Shown: piece after piece, positions 1 through 10,765 of the stretch
Layout of the letters: every line of letters starts with the position of its first letter
Position numbering within the stretch: position 1 is the stretch's first letter
From: Patescibacteria group bacterium
Lineage (GTDB): Bacteria; Patescibacteriota; Patescibacteriia; 2-12-FULL-57-11
Direction: 5' to 3'
NCBI GenBank assembly: GCA_004297205.1
Contig: SCUL01000002.1
Span: 462,647-526,646, forward strand
Length of the DNA: 64,000 bases
Notes under the pieces: model-generated
What the model saw: only the letters and a program-made list of their open reading frames with translations
Databases searched by the model: none
What the model was told of the DNA's origin: nothing
Made by a program: the position numbers and the translations under genes

Positions 1-2649
1 CGAGCCGCCGCTCGCGGACGGTTGGCCGGGCGTCGAGGGCGCGGTCGTGTCGATCACGAGCGCTTTTGCGTTTCCGAGCGACCCGGCTGCTCCGGGCGAG
101 GCCAACGTGAGCGTCGCGTTGTTCAGCGCGGCGTCCTTGATGGTGCCGGAGTTGAGCGCGAGCGAGTTCGTGGCGACGTAGTCGAGGTCCGCGGAGGTGT
201 CGCCGGCAACGACGGTGTAGTTGAAGGTGAGCACGGTCGAACCGGAGCCCGAGGCATAGTCGACAGTTTCGTCCGGGGTGCCGGTCTCAAGGGTGATCTG
301 CGGGGTGCCGACGACCGTGACCGCCTCGGTGAAGGTGACGGTGACGGGGACGACCTGGCCCGTGGCGTATGAGCCGTCCGCAAGCGTCGAGGAGACGGCG
401 GAGACGGTGGGCGCGGTCGTGTCGATCACGATGTTCTTCGCGTTGCCGAGCGATCCTGCGGCGCCGGGCGAGGCCAGGGTGAGCGTTGCGTTGTTCAGCG
501 CGGCGTCCTTGATCGAACCGCCATTCAGGGCGAGGGAGTTGGTGGCCACGTAGTCGAGGTCGGTGGAGGTGTCGCCGGCAACGACGGTGTAGTTGAAGGT
601 GAGGACGGTCGAACCGGAGCCGGAGCTGTAGTTGACGGTTTCGTCGGGCGTGCCGGTCTCGAGCGTGATCTGCGGAACGCCGGTGACGGTGACCGCCTCG
701 GTGAAGGTGATGGTGACCGGGACGACCTGGCCGGTCGTGTATGAGCCGTTGGCAAGCGAGGAGGAGACGGCGGAGACGGTGGGGGCGGTCGTGTCGATCG
801 TGAAGGTGTCGGTCGTGACGGCGCCGTCGGCGGTCGTGTTCGCGTTCGAGTCCGTGGCGCGGACGTTCATGGTGTGCGAGGCGTCCGAGAGCGCCACGGC
901 AACGGTGCAGGTGAAGGGCTCGACCGCTTCGTCGAACGCGGCGTCGTCCGCGGTGCAGGCGCTCCAGCTGCCGGCAGTCCCGTCCATCTGGAATTGGACG
1001 GCAGAGACCGTGCCCACGGCTTCGGTGGCGGTGCCGGTGAGCGCGGGCGTCGAGTCGTTGTTCGGATCCGGAGACAAGGCCGTCAAAGAAATGCTCGGAG
1101 GGGTCGTATCGAACGCGCTGAACGCAATGGACACGTCCTGGAAGGTGGGCGTGTTCGCGGATTCGGAGGTGAGGGTCACCTGATACTGGACGTATCGGTG
1201 GCCGTCGGTGACGCAATTGTTCGAGGAAATGTCCGTGCCGGAGACGATGGCGTTGCAGGAAGAGAAGGCCGTGGCGCCGACCATGGTGGCGCTGTTCGAG
1301 GTGCGCGCCTTGAGGGTGGTCGTCGCGACGCCGTCCGTGTTCGCGGTCATAGTCCCCCACGCGCTCAACTGTTCCGTGTCGAAAATGGAGGAGGTCAGCG
1401 TGCCGGACGAGGCATACCGTTCTTCCTGCGCGGCGTACGTGGCGTAGGTATCGGCTTCGGATTTGTAGTCCGCGGCAATCCAGGGGGTGGAGAGGGTGGA
1501 GCTGGAGACGCGAAACTCATCTGCCTTGCCGTCAATGGCGTAAAGAGTGCTGGTGGCGCCGAATGTAAAAGTTAACCAGTTTATCGGAGAATTTTGTGTC
1601 TTCGGACCTGCCCGGAGCGTGCCATTCTTATAGAATCTTCCCTGGGTACCGTCGTATGTGTACGTAAACTTCTGCCATTGGTTGAGGGCGATGGTGCCGC
1701 CGGGCAGTTCAGCTGGAGCAAATCTGGTAGTGACATCCGTGCCCGCATAAACAGCGCCGACCGAGTCGCCGTGGAAGATGAAAGCACCCCAGCCGCCGCC
1801 GGCACTGGCAGTTATCACCGGGTTATAATTCTTGTTCGAAAGCGGATACAGCCAAAAATCAACGGCGAATGTTGTTTTTGGTCCGCTCAAACCTGCAATT
1901 TGAACGCTGTCGTCAACCCCATCATACGACTCTCCCCCGTCAATAACTCCGGACGTCGTAGGACTGGGTTCGGTCGCGGATGTTTTCGCGCCGTTGAAAC
2001 CGTTGGATGTGGAATCGATCGTGGCAGTCCCGGACGTTTCAGAAAAATGCTGGACGGTCATGTACGTGTTGTTCCACACGTTCGATGCGGACTGTGCGCT
2101 GCTCGTGGTCGTGTTGCCGTAGTAGACGTAGATGTGGTCGGTGCTCGACGATGAGGCGATCTGGGGCACCTTCACCCAGACGGTGGACGTCGAAGTCTCA
2201 TCCCACTTCTCGATTTCGTAGGGAAGGAGCGTCACGCCGTCCGAGTCGGTGAAACGGATGTCCTGGCCCGAGTTCTGCGTGTTGGCGTAGTCCACGCGCG
2301 AGGAGTTGAGCGCGACAAGGACGGGGAAATTCGTCAGGTTCTCCGCCTGCCCCGAGTTGTCGAACGTGATCTTCCGGCGATATTTCAAACTCGTGTCGTA
2401 CCAAGCGGTGGTCGTCGCGAGTGTGAGCTGGCCGGCAGAAAAAGAAACGACGTTCGAACTGGAATCGAACTTCGTCGTGTCCAACCAGCTCGTCTGGCCG
2501 GATCCCCCGGACCAGTTCGTCTGCGTCCACGGGCTCGTCGCGGCGGAAGCGCGCGGGACCAGCGAGGAAAATTGCGAGACGAGCAAAACCTGCGTGACGA
2601 GCATCACGGCTGCCAGCAGGGAGAAAATGAGGGAGTATTTCTTTGACAT
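1..2649 (-). CDS. Large secreted/surface protein (signal peptide, DUF2341-like, LamG/ConA-like, Ig-like repeats); 3' end outside window
   Basis: Open frame from ATG 2649 ([18 protein letters not shown]...) runs off the left edge. It contains [41 protein letters not shown] (DUF2341-like), a LamG-like segment and [12 protein letters not shown] repeats. Absent from the ORF track because no stop lies in the window. Confidence 0.85.
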   Translation of the reverse strand, partial: MSKKYSLIFSLLAAVMLVTQVLLVSQFSSLVPRASAATSPWTQTNWSGGSGQTSWLDTTKFDSSSNVVSFSAGQLTLATTTAWYDTSLKYRRKITFDNSGQAENLTNFPVLVALNSSRVDYANTQNSGQDIRFTDSDGVTLLPYEIEKWDETSTSTVWVKVPQIASSSSTDHIYVYYGNTTTSSAQSASNVWNNTYMTVQHFSETSGTATIDSTSNGFNGAKTSATEPSPTTSGVIDGGESYDGVDDSVQIAGLSGPKTTFAVDFWLYPLSNKNYNPVITASAGGGWGAFIFHGDSVGAVYAGTDVTTRFAPAELPGGTIALNQWQKFTYTYDGTQGRFYKNGTLRAGPKTQNSPINWLTFTFGATSTLYAIDGKADEFRVSSSTLSTPWIAADYKSEADTYATYAAQEERYASSGTLTSSIFDTEQLSAWGTMTANTDGVATTTLKARTSNSATMVGATAFSSCNAIVSGTDISSNNCVTDGHRYVQYQVTLTSESANTPTFQDVSIAFSAFDTTPPSISLTALSPDPNNDSTPALTGTATEAVGTVSAVQFQMDGTAGSWSACTADDAAFDEAVEPFTCTVAVALSDASHTMNVRATDSNANTTADGAVTTDTFTIDTTAPTVSAVSSSLANGSYTTGQVVPVTITFTEAVTVTGVPQITLETGTPDETVNYSSGSGSTVLTFNYTVVAGDTSTDLDYVATNSLALNGGSIKDAALNNATLTLASPGAAGSLGNAKNIVIDTTAPTVSAVSSTLADGSYATGQVVPVTVTFTEAVTVVGTPQITLETGTPDETVDYASGSGSTVLTFNYTVVAGDTSADLDYVATNSLALNSGTIKDAALNNATLTLASPGAAGSLGNAKALVIDTTAPSTPGQPSASGGS
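41..784 (-). repeat. Two tandem 372-nt (124 aa) intragenic Ig-like repeats
   Basis: GCGGTCGTGTCGATC recurs at 41, 413 and 785 with similar intervening sequence. Confidence 0.85.
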
Positions 2650-2740
2650 TGCCACACTTCTCGTCTTTAAATCCCTTGAATTTTACACCTTACCGAAGCA
2701 GTGTACCACTTTTGGATTTTGAAGGAAAACGCGGTGTTCA

Positions 2741-3031
2741 TCACATTTTTTTGAACGCCGTCCCGTTGATTTTTTCGAGCGTGGATATCGTGAGCGAAAC
2801 GGAGGGATTGTCCGTATTTTTCAAGGTCATGCGACCCCCGAACCTTTTTTGCAGCGGCGTGAGGAATTCGTCTCCCCAGGAAGGCGAAAACGTGCTGACG
2901 CCGGCAAAATCGACAAGGATGTCTTCCTTGCCGTTCAGGCCGTCCAACGTCGGCAAAAAAGCCGCGAGGGCCTCTCTTCCCGCCTGACGGGACGTGAGCA
3001 CGGAACCGAATTTTGCAATGAAGATGGTCAT
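2741..3031 (-). CDS. STAS-like (DUF4325) protein
   Basis: 96 aa, LTSRQAG...DFAGVSTFSPSWGDEF motif. Confidence 0.75.
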   Translation of the reverse strand: MTIFIAKFGSVLTSRQAGREALAAFLPTLDGLNGKEDILVDFAGVSTFSPSWGDEFLTPLQKRFGGRMTLKNTDNPSVSLTISTLEKINGTAFKKM

Positions 3032-3038
3032 GCGCCGT

Positions 3039-3773
3039 TCAATATTGGATGAACGCCAACGAACCGCGGATCGGCACGTCGGCTTTCTTCATGAGGAATC
3101 CCGGTTTGCCCTTCCGGATTTCAAGCACCGCATCACCGGATTGGAAGGTCAGATCCGCCTCGGACTTCGCAAGCGCATCCTTCACGTATTTCAAACCGTT
3201 GCCCCGATGTTCCGGCGCCCTCCCCGTGATGAATTCGGTGAAAGCCACGCGCAACGCTTCCTCGTCGGTTTTGAGACCGGGCCGTATCCGATGCAGCGTC
3301 GCAAAAACACCGACCCCGCGATCCGCAAGGACAACGACCCGTTTCCCCGGGTCATGGGCGAAAAAGACGCCCGGGAGATCCGGCCAATTTCCCAAGTTAT
3401 GATCGAAGGAGTTGTTGCCGATTTCCCCAACGGAAGAGGAAATGAGCGACGCAATGCCCTGAAGCGCGGGGTTGGCGTCCAACTCATGCGCCATGCGCTC
3501 GTAACGCGTTTTGAATCGGTCACTCGTCGAACAATAAAAGTCGTGTTCCGGGGGGTACGACTTTTCCGCACTGACCCATTCCTGGGCAACCCGAAAGATG
3601 CCTTTGGTCTTTCTTCCCAAGTCCGACAGCGCGTAATACCGATGGCCTCCCGGGGAAACGAAGGTTGCCTTAAAGGTTCCCTCGTTATGCCAACGCCGGA
3701 GAGTCGCCACGGAAACGCCCAGATATTTGGCCGCTTTCGTGATGGAAACAAGATTTTTTGCGACTTTCCCCAT
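3039..3773 (-). CDS. MerR-type HTH fused to HATPase (anti-sigma kinase-like) domain
   Basis: AAKYLGVSVATLRRW..SPGGHRYY HTH; EIGNNSFDH, DRGVG and RGNGL ATP-binding boxes; start reassigned to ATG 3773. Confidence 0.8.
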   Translation of the reverse strand: MGKVAKNLVSITKAAKYLGVSVATLRRWHNEGTFKATFVSPGGHRYYALSDLGRKTKGIFRVAQEWVSAEKSYPPEHDFYCSTSDRFKTRYERMAHELDANPALQGIASLISSSVGEIGNNSFDHNLGNWPDLPGVFFAHDPGKRVVVLADRGVGVFATLHRIRPGLKTDEEALRVAFTEFITGRAPEHRGNGLKYVKDALAKSEADLTFQSGDAVLEIRKGKPGFLMKKADVPIRGSLAFIQY

Positions 3774-3783
3774 ATCTGCAGAA

Positions 3784-3823
3784 AGTATACAAAAACTATA
3801 CAAACTTGTCAAACCTATACAAA
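3784..3823 (-). promoter_or_regulatory. Sigma70 promoter overlapped by TATACAAA direct repeats
   Basis: Minus strand TTGACA-17-TATACT; TATACAAA at 3786, 3797, 3816. Confidence 0.7.
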
Positions 3824-3909
3824 TCTGTACATTTTGTGAAAATCGCTCATCCTCCCGACAAAAACGAGGTTGCCACGGCGCCAAAAAACGGGCAGGATAG
3901 CGGCAGTTT

Positions 3910-3984
3910 TCGCCCCTAGCTCAACGGATAGAGCTCCGGTCTTCAGAACCAGTGATGGGAGTTCGATTCTCTCAGGGCGCACCA
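3910..3984 (+). tRNA. Degenerate tRNA-Arg-like gene with UCA anticodon (pseudo-tRNA or opal suppressor)
   Basis: D arm GCTCAACGGATAGAGC, anticodon loop CTTCAGA, T arm GGGAG-TTCGATT-CTCTC, 3' ACCA; three stem mismatches. Confidence 0.65.
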
Positions 3985-4013
3985 GCCCTCCAACCTCGAC
4001 TTTCTAAAAGCGA

Positions 4014-4161
4014 GGCGGGGCGGCTGCGGATCGAACCGCGCCGCATCCCCGCGCGAGCGGGGCTGTCGATGCAGCCGAACGTCCGCCCCCAGTGCATGGC
4101 GGAAGCCGGACGCGACCCGACAGCACCTATGCGGCACGGCGAGAGACGCAGCCGGCCCGCC
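4014..4161 (+). ncRNA. Candidate structured RNA / 5' leader of cyclase gene
   Basis: Nested stems GGCGGG-CGGCTGCG/CGCAGCCG-CCCGCC, GCCGCAT/ATGCGGC, GCTGTCG/CGACAGC and a GCGA-loop hairpin. Confidence 0.45.
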
Positions 4162-4172
4162 GAGCGAACCCT

Positions 4173-4823
4173 ATGCCCCCCAAGAAAACCGTGAAACTCG
4201 ACAAGGCGCTGGCCTGCAAAGTGGTCCGCCACCCGCACCAGTTCCTGAAGGAGCTGTTGGACCTGCGCAACGAACATCCGGAGCGCGAGGCCGAGATCGA
4301 CCGCAAGATCCGCGAGACCTTCGAGTGCGAGCGCGCGCCCTTCATCCTGGACATGTCCGGTTTCTCCCGGACGGTCATCAAGCACGGCATCATCCATTAC
4401 CTGGCCATGATCCGTCGCATGGTGAACGTGGCCGTGCCGGCGATCACCGACAACAAAGGCGAGATCGTGAAGCAGGAAGCCGACAACATCTTCGCGGTTT
4501 TCGCCGATCCGACCGACGCGGTGCGCGCCGCCCAGGACGTGGTGCGCGGGCTGAACGCGCTGAACACCGTGCTGCCGGACGAGAAGGACATCTACGTGTC
4601 CATCGGCATCGGCTACGGCGACATCCTGCTCGTGCCGGGCGAAGACTTCTTCGGCAACGAGCTGAACCTTGCCTCAAAGCTCGGCGAGGACATCGCGGAG
4701 AAGGGCGAAGTGCTCCTGACGGAAGAAGCGCACGGCAAGATCACCGACTCGACCCTCAAGTTCGAGAAGGTTTCGGCCTCGATTTCCGGGGTCGGCCTCA
4801 AATATTTCCGGCTCAAGTCCTGA
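4173..4823 (+). CDS. Class III adenylate/guanylate cyclase-domain protein
   Basis: ILDMSGFS, KQEADNIFAVF, IGIGYG, DFFGNELNLASKL motifs. Confidence 0.85.
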   Translation: MPPKKTVKLDKALACKVVRHPHQFLKELLDLRNEHPEREAEIDRKIRETFECERAPFILDMSGFSRTVIKHGIIHYLAMIRRMVNVAVPAITDNKGEIVKQEADNIFAVFADPTDAVRAAQDVVRGLNALNTVLPDEKDIYVSIGIGYGDILLVPGEDFFGNELNLASKLGEDIAEKGEVLLTEEAHGKITDSTLKFEKVSASISGVGLKYFRLKS

Positions 4824-4867
4824 GAAGTCAAAAACCGTCCCGCCTTGGCGGGACGGTTGTGTGCGTA

Positions 4868-5926
4868 TCAGGCGCGTTCGCGGGGACGGGTGACCAGGGT
4901 CTGCGCGTCCTTGGCGTCGACGAGTCCTTCGGCCACGAGCCGCTTGGCGTCCTGGGCCAACGTGTACATGCCGTACTTGCCGGAGGTCTGCAGCACCGTG
5001 TCTATCTGCGCGGACTTGCCTTCGCGGATCAAGTTGGAAATGGCGGACGTATTGAACAGGACTTCGCGCACGGCGATGCGGCCGCCGCCCCGCTTCGGCA
5101 ACAGCTGCTGCGTGACGACGGCGCGCAGCACCGAGGCCAGCTGCACGCGGATCTGATTCTGCTGGTGCGGCGGGAAGGCGTCGATGATGCGTTCGATCGT
5201 CGTGGCCGCGCTGTAGGTGTGGAGTGTGGCAAAGACGAGGTGTCCGGTTTCCGCCAGGGTCAGCGTCGTGGCGATCGTTTCCAAATCACGCATTTCGCCG
5301 ATCATGACGACGTCCGGATCCTGGCGCAGGATGTGTTTCAGGCCTTCGGCGAAGCTGCGCATGTCTTCCCCGAGCTGGCGCTGACGGATCAACGCTTTGC
5401 CTTGCGGGAAGAGGAACTCGACCGGGTCCTCGAGGGTCACGATGTTGGCCGCGACGCGCTCGTTGACGAGGTTGAGGAGCGTGGCCAGCGTCGTCGATTT
5501 GCCGGAGCCGGTCGGACCGGTCACGAGAATGAGCCCGTGCGGCAGCGTGGTGAGATCGGCCACGGCTTGCGGCAAGGACAGGTCGGCGACGCTCGGAATC
5601 TTCACCGGCACGAGACGCGCGGCCATGCCGACGTTGTTCTTTTCCTGGTGGACGTTGATGCGGAAACGCGCCCCGCCCGTGGTGTAGGCGGCATCGAGCT
5701 CCAAGTTCTGTTCGAAGCGCGCGATCTGCTCCTTCGTGAGCACGCCGTACACGAGTTCCCTGACCTGCTTTGCGGTGAGCGGCACCCCTCCTCCGACCGG
5801 CACGAGCGCGCCGTCGATGCGCAACGTCGGCGGCCGACCGACCACAAGGTGCAGGTCCGAGGCCTTGGCGGTCACGGCGGCGGAGAACAGCGCGTCCATG
5901 ACATTGTTGACGACGGGTGCGGGCAT
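4868..5926 (-). CDS. pilT: Type IV pilus retraction ATPase
   Basis: ASDLHL, GPTGSGKSTT, EDPVE, LRQDPDV, ETGHLVFATLH, AISNLIRE. Confidence 0.93.
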   Translation of the reverse strand: MPAPVVNNVMDALFSAAVTAKASDLHLVVGRPPTLRIDGALVPVGGGVPLTAKQVRELVYGVLTKEQIARFEQNLELDAAYTTGGARFRINVHQEKNNVGMAARLVPVKIPSVADLSLPQAVADLTTLPHGLILVTGPTGSGKSTTLATLLNLVNERVAANIVTLEDPVEFLFPQGKALIRQRQLGEDMRSFAEGLKHILRQDPDVVMIGEMRDLETIATTLTLAETGHLVFATLHTYSAATTIERIIDAFPPHQQNQIRVQLASVLRAVVTQQLLPKRGGGRIAVREVLFNTSAISNLIREGKSAQIDTVLQTSGKYGMYTLAQDAKRLVAEGLVDAKDAQTLVTRPRERA

Positions 5927-5948
5927 ATCCTCCCTCAGTCTACCACGT

Positions 5949-6638
5949 TCACCAACCTTTCACGGCGATGGCCTGTTCGGCGGCGGCGACCTGCGCTTCC
6001 TGTTTGCTCGTGCCTTCGCCCTTGGCGACGAGCTGGTCGCCGAGGAAAATGCCGACGACGAAATGCTTGGCGTGATCGGGGCCCGACTCTTCGAGCACCT
6101 TGTAACTCGGCGTGATGCCGAGCTGTTCCTGCGCCGCTTCCTGGAAGCGGCTCTTGGGGTCGAGATACAGCTGGTGCTCAAGAATGTAGGGCAGGCGCAC
6201 CAAGAGCTTGGCGTCGATGAAGCCGCGGCAGGCCTCCATCCCCTGGTCGAGATACAGAGCGCCGACGATGGCTTCGAACGCGTTGGCCAGAATGTACTGG
6301 CGCGCCTTGCTGCCGGCGTCCTTGGATTCGCCGCGCGAGAGATAGAGATGTTCTTCGACCTCGAGCTCGCGGGTCACCTCGGCGAGCATCACCGCGTTGA
6401 CCAGCGCCGCGCGCCAGTTGGTGAGTTCGCCCTCCGGATTGGGGTAGGTCCGGTAGAGGTATTCGGTGACGACGAGCTCGAGCACGGCATCGCCCAGGAA
6501 TTCGAGCCGCTCGTTGTGGCCGAGCGGAAACTCCGGATGCTCGTTCAGGTAGGAGCGGTGCACCACGGCTTGGCGCAGGTGCTCGATGTTTTTGAACTTC
6601 ACGCCGAGGCGTGCTTCCAACACGGAAAGGTCACTCAT
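5949..6638 (-). CDS. rnc: Ribonuclease III
   Basis: [12 protein letters not shown] and C-terminal dsRBD. Confidence 0.97.
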   Translation of the reverse strand: MSDLSVLEARLGVKFKNIEHLRQAVVHRSYLNEHPEFPLGHNERLEFLGDAVLELVVTEYLYRTYPNPEGELTNWRAALVNAVMLAEVTRELEVEEHLYLSRGESKDAGSKARQYILANAFEAIVGALYLDQGMEACRGFIDAKLLVRLPYILEHQLYLDPKSRFQEAAQEQLGITPSYKVLEESGPDHAKHFVVGIFLGDQLVAKGEGTSKQEAQVAAAEQAIAVKGW

Positions 6639-7128
6639 GGTTCTTGGATTTAACCTCCGAATCTTCTTTTTCTTTCTTCGGCGGTTCCAGGTCGACTTTC
6701 TTCAACTGACCGGCGGTCACCCGGTCGCGGTAGATCGCCCCGAGCACGCCGTTCACGAAGCGGCCGGACGATTCGCCGCCGAAGGTCTTGGCCAGTTCGA
6801 TGGCTTCGTTGATGGCCACCTTGCTCGGCACCGTCTCCGAGTAGTGCAGCTCCGAAATGCCGAGCCGCAGGATGTTCTTGTCGACGAGCGTGATGGCTTC
6901 GAGCGGCCACTCCGGCGCGTACTTCACGATCGTCTCGTCGATCTCCTTCTGGTGCGCCAGTACGCCATCCAGAAGTTCCTGGATGAACCCCTTGTCGTTG
7001 AACTCCGGCGCGAACTCCTTGATCTGATACGACAAAACCACCGGGACGGCATCGGGCTTCTGCCCGTTGAAGTCCCATTGGTAGAGGACCTGCATGGCGA
7101 TGGTCCGCGCGAGGTGCCGATTGCTCAT
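6631..7128 (-). CDS. nusB: Transcription antitermination factor NusB
   Basis: [26 protein letters not shown]. Confidence 0.95.
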   Translation of the reverse strand: MSNRHLARTIAMQVLYQWDFNGQKPDAVPVVLSYQIKEFAPEFNDKGFIQELLDGVLAHQKEIDETIVKYAPEWPLEAITLVDKNILRLGISELHYSETVPSKVAINEAIELAKTFGGESSGRFVNGVLGAIYRDRVTAGQLKKVDLEPPKKEKEDSEVKSKNHE

Positions 7129-7176
7129 ATTGTGGGGCCGAAGGAACGAAAGAGCGAAAAAACCGAAAGACGAGAG

Positions 7177-7461
7177 TTACTCGTCTTTCTGAGGCGGATG
7201 GTCGTGACCTTTATGATCGTGGTCGTGATCGTGCTTGGCGGCCGCGGCTTTCTCCGCCTTCTTCAAGGCTTTGCCCGCTTCGACGAGCTTGGCCGGCAGC
7301 ACCTGGCGGCCGGCATAGGTGCCGCAGAACCGGCAGGCGATGTGGGGCAGGATCGGCTTCTTGCACTTCGGGCAGGTGCCGATCGCCATCTTCTTCAACG
7401 CAAAATGCGCTGCGCGGCGGCGTTTGTGGGAGGATGTGCGGCGATGTCCAGGAAGACCCAT
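7177..7461 (-). CDS. rpmF: 50S ribosomal protein bL32 with His-rich tail
   Basis: CPKC..PHIACRFCGTY zinc finger. Confidence 0.93.
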   Translation of the reverse strand: MGLPGHRRTSSHKRRRAAHFALKKMAIGTCPKCKKPILPHIACRFCGTYAGRQVLPAKLVEAGKALKKAEKAAAAKHDHDHDHKGHDHPPQKDE

Positions 7462-7566
7462 AGGTGTCAGTTCCCGGCCACTATAACCGAGGTCCGTGAG
7501 CCTGGCAAGTCCCCCGGGTTGACCTGGCCCGCCTCCCGTGGAAAGGTGCCGGGCAAGGAGGTAGCG

Positions 7567-8211
7567 ATGATTCCGGCACTTGCACGGTTTCTACACCTGG
7601 CGGCGGAGGGAACCCGCAAGATCCGCCGCAGGACCCAGTACGACGAGGTTCCCGAAAACGAGCGGACACGCGTCGAAACGCATCTGCTCCAGACGGCCTG
7701 GCTCGCCGCAGCGATGATCGCCATCGAGCGCGCGCACGGAGAACCGGCCTTCGATCCGGTGCGCGTGCTGACGGCGACGGTCCTGCACGACATCGCCGAG
7801 TCGCGCATCGGGGACGTCCACTACGACGTCAAGGCCGACCCGCGCATCAGCGCCATCCTGCGCGAGATCGAAAAGGAATACGCGCACAAGATGTTCTCGC
7901 GTCTCCCGGACCAGGTCCGCGCCGCGTTCACGGACGCCTACGCAGTCGAGGACGAGCGGGGGAAGACGGCGGACGGCGACTTCTTCAACGCCGTCGAGCG
8001 CCTCGGCTACGTCTACGACACGCTGCAGTGGATCATCGACGGCAAGAAGACCTTGCGCAAGGTCTACGACAACCAGCACGAACCGCTCGTGAAGCTGATG
8101 GACCGCTTCGTCTCGGTGCGTCTGCTCTACGAGCCGATCCGGTCGTTCGTCGAGCAGCAGCTCCAGGAGTACCGCCACGAGCAGAAGATGCAGAGCATCG
8201 AGGACATGTGA
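7567..8211 (+). CDS. HD-domain phosphohydrolase (YfbR-like 5'-deoxynucleotidase)
   Basis: SD AAGGAGG; ERTRVETH..VLHDIAESRIGD. Confidence 0.75.
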   Translation: MIPALARFLHLAAEGTRKIRRRTQYDEVPENERTRVETHLLQTAWLAAAMIAIERAHGEPAFDPVRVLTATVLHDIAESRIGDVHYDVKADPRISAILREIEKEYAHKMFSRLPDQVRAAFTDAYAVEDERGKTADGDFFNAVERLGYVYDTLQWIIDGKKTLRKVYDNQHEPLVKLMDRFVSVRLLYEPIRSFVEQQLQEYRHEQKMQSIEDM

Positions 8212-8265
8212 CGTGTCCAGGATGCGAAAGCGCCGCCCCCGGCAGGGAGCGGCGCCACTTTTTTT

Positions 8266-10758
8266 CTAGATGAACGTCACCGTCGCCACACCGTCCTTTT
8301 CTTCCTTGAAGCGCATGAGACGCACGCCCTGCGTGTCGCGGCCGAGTTTGGAGACCGAGCCGAACGGGATGCGCACGACCTGCCCCTTCGAGGAGACGAC
8401 GATCAGGTCGCGCTCGTCCGAAGACGCGGAGACGTAGGCACCGACCGCTTCGCCCGTCTTCGGGCTGATGTGCATGGTCTTGATGCCGGAACCGCCGCGG
8501 CCCTGGAGTTTGTACTCCTTCAGGTTGGTGCGCTTGCCCATGCCGTTCTCGGCGATGACGAAAAGCTCCAGCATGTTCTTTTTGACCATCTCCGGGTCGA
8601 CGATGTCCATGCCGATGACGCGGTCGCCCTTCTTCTTGAGTTTGATGCCGCGCACCCCGGCGGCGGCGCGGCCCATCGGGCGCACGCTCTTTTCCGCGAA
8701 GCGGATGCTCTGGCCCTGGGCGGTCACGAGGATGACGTCGTCCTCGCCGGTCGAGGGGCGCACCCATTCCAGGATGTCCTCGTCCTTGAGTTTGATGGCG
8801 ATCAGCCCGTTCGAGCGCAGGTTCTTGAATTCCTCGATGGCCGTCTTCTTGATGTTGCCGTTCTTGGTGACCATCACCAGGTGCTTCTGCTCGGCGATGT
8901 CCGGCACCGACAGCACGGCGGACACCTTCTCCCCTGCCGCAAGCTGCAGGAAGTTCACGAGCGCCTGGCCCTTGGAGGTGCGCGAGCCCGGCGGCACGTC
9001 ATAGGCCTTGAGTCCGAAGACGCGGCCGCGCGACGTGAAGAACAGCATGTCGGCGTGCGTGTTCGTCGTGAACAGGTGCTCCACCACGTCTTCTTCCTTG
9101 GTGGTCACGCCGATCACGCCCTTGCCGCCGCGGGCCTGGGTCTTGAAGGTGTCCGGCGGCACGCGCTTCACGTAACCGTCGCGGGTGATCATGACGATGG
9201 TCGGCTCGTTCGGGATGATGTCCTCGACCGAGAACTCTTTGACGCCGTGGGCGATGATCTCCGTCTTGCGGTCGTCGCCGTACTTCTCGCGGATCTCGGC
9301 CGTTTCCTGCTTGATGACGGCGCGGATCTTCTTGGCGGAAGCGAGCAGCGCCTCGAGCTCCTTGATGACGGCGAGCTTCTCCTTGAGTTCGGTCTCGACG
9401 CGCAGGCGCTCCAGGTTGGCGAGCGCCGAGAGCTTCATCTCCAAAATGGCCACGGTCTGCGGCTCGGTCAGCTTGAACCGCTTGATGAGGTTCACTTTGG
9501 CCTCGTCCTTGTCGGCCGACTTCTTGATGGTGTCGATGATCTTGTCGATGTGGAGCAGGGCGATCTTCAAGCCCTCGAGGATGTGGGCGCGGTCGCGGGC
9601 GCGGGCCAGCTCGTAGGTGGCGCGGCGGCGGATCACCGTCTCCCGGTGCTTCACGAACTCCTCGAGCATGCTCTTCAGGTTGAGCACGCGCGGCTGCAGC
9701 CCGTCGACGAGCGCCAGCATGTTGACGTGGAAACTCGTCTGCAAATCCGTGGACAAGAACAGCTTGTTGAGCACCTTTTTGGGATAGGCGTCGCGCTTGA
9801 GTTCGATCACGATGCGCACGCCTTCCTTGCTCGATTCGTCGCGCAGGTCCTTGATGCCTTCGATGTTCTTGTCGCGCACCAGATCGGCGATCTTCTCGAT
9901 CAGGGTCGCCTTGTTCACCTGGAACGGCACTTCGGTGATGAAAATCTTGGCCGCACCGTCGTCCTCGACGATTTCCGTCTTGGCGCGCATGACGATCGAG
10001 CCGCGGCCCGTGGCGTAGGCGGCGGCGATGTCCTTGGTGCCGTAGATGATGCCGCCTGTGGGGAAATCCGGCCCCTTCACGATTTTGCAGAGGTCGGAAA
10101 TGGAAGCGTCCGGGTTGTCGAGGAGCAGCATCACGCCGTCGCAGATCTCGCGCAGGTTGTGCGGCGGGATGTTCGTGGCCATGCCGACCGCGATGCCGAC
10201 CGTGCCGTTCAAAAGCAGGCCCGGGAGCTTGGCCGGCAGCACCACCGGCTCCTTGTGCGAGCCGTCGTAGTTGGGGGCGAAGTCGACGGTCTCCTTGTCG
10301 ATGTCGAAGAGCAGCTCCTCGGCCACGCCGGCCAGCTTGGCTTCGGTGTAGCGCATGGCCGCGGCGCCGTCGCCGTCCATGGAGCCGAAGTTTCCCTGGC
10401 CGCGGATGCGCGGGTAGCGCTCGGAAAAGTACTGCGCCATGCGCACCATGGCGTCGTAGACCGACTGGTCGCCATGCGGGTGGTATTTGCCGAGCACTTC
10501 ACCGACCACGGTCGCGGACTTGCGGAACTTGGCGTTGGCGCGCAAACCCATCGTCCACATCGCGTAGAGGATGCGGCGCTGCACGGGCTTCAAACCGTCG
10601 CGGACGTCGGGGAGTGCCCGCTGCACGATCACGCTCATGGCGTAATCGAGGTAGCTCGTCTGCATTTCGTCGACGATGGCGCGGGCTTCGATTTTGCCGA
10701 TGTCGGTGCCTGCGGGCACCACGATCTCCTTGTCTTTCGGGGGCAGCTTCTTGGCCAT
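8266..10758 (-). CDS. gyrA: DNA gyrase subunit A
   Basis: [23 protein letters not shown], GyrA box QARGGKG. Confidence 0.97.
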   Translation of the reverse strand: MAKKLPPKDKEIVVPAGTDIGKIEARAIVDEMQTSYLDYAMSVIVQRALPDVRDGLKPVQRRILYAMWTMGLRANAKFRKSATVVGEVLGKYHPHGDQSVYDAMVRMAQYFSERYPRIRGQGNFGSMDGDGAAAMRYTEAKLAGVAEELLFDIDKETVDFAPNYDGSHKEPVVLPAKLPGLLLNGTVGIAVGMATNIPPHNLREICDGVMLLLDNPDASISDLCKIVKGPDFPTGGIIYGTKDIAAAYATGRGSIVMRAKTEIVEDDGAAKIFITEVPFQVNKATLIEKIADLVRDKNIEGIKDLRDESSKEGVRIVIELKRDAYPKKVLNKLFLSTDLQTSFHVNMLALVDGLQPRVLNLKSMLEEFVKHRETVIRRRATYELARARDRAHILEGLKIALLHIDKIIDTIKKSADKDEAKVNLIKRFKLTEPQTVAILEMKLSALANLERLRVETELKEKLAVIKELEALLASAKKIRAVIKQETAEIREKYGDDRKTEIIAHGVKEFSVEDIIPNEPTIVMITRDGYVKRVPPDTFKTQARGGKGVIGVTTKEEDVVEHLFTTNTHADMLFFTSRGRVFGLKAYDVPPGSRTSKGQALVNFLQLAAGEKVSAVLSVPDIAEQKHLVMVTKNGNIKKTAIEEFKNLRSNGLIAIKLKDEDILEWVRPSTGEDDVILVTAQGQSIRFAEKSVRPMGRAAAGVRGIKLKKKGDRVIGMDIVDPEMVKKNMLELFVIAENGMGKRTNLKEYKLQGRGGSGIKTMHISPKTGEAVGAYVSASSDERDLIVVSSKGQVVRIPFGSVSKLGRDTQGVRLMRFKEEKDGVATVTFI

Positions 10759-10765
10759 AGCAGGA

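Noticed and set aside
41-784. CRISPR or DGR repeats
   Set aside because: These are in-frame 372-nt protein domain repeats; no spacers, cas genes or reverse transcriptase in the window
3910-3984. tRNA-Sec or UGA recoding (code 25)
   Set aside because: There is no long variable arm, and many conserved genes here end at TGA at the expected lengths
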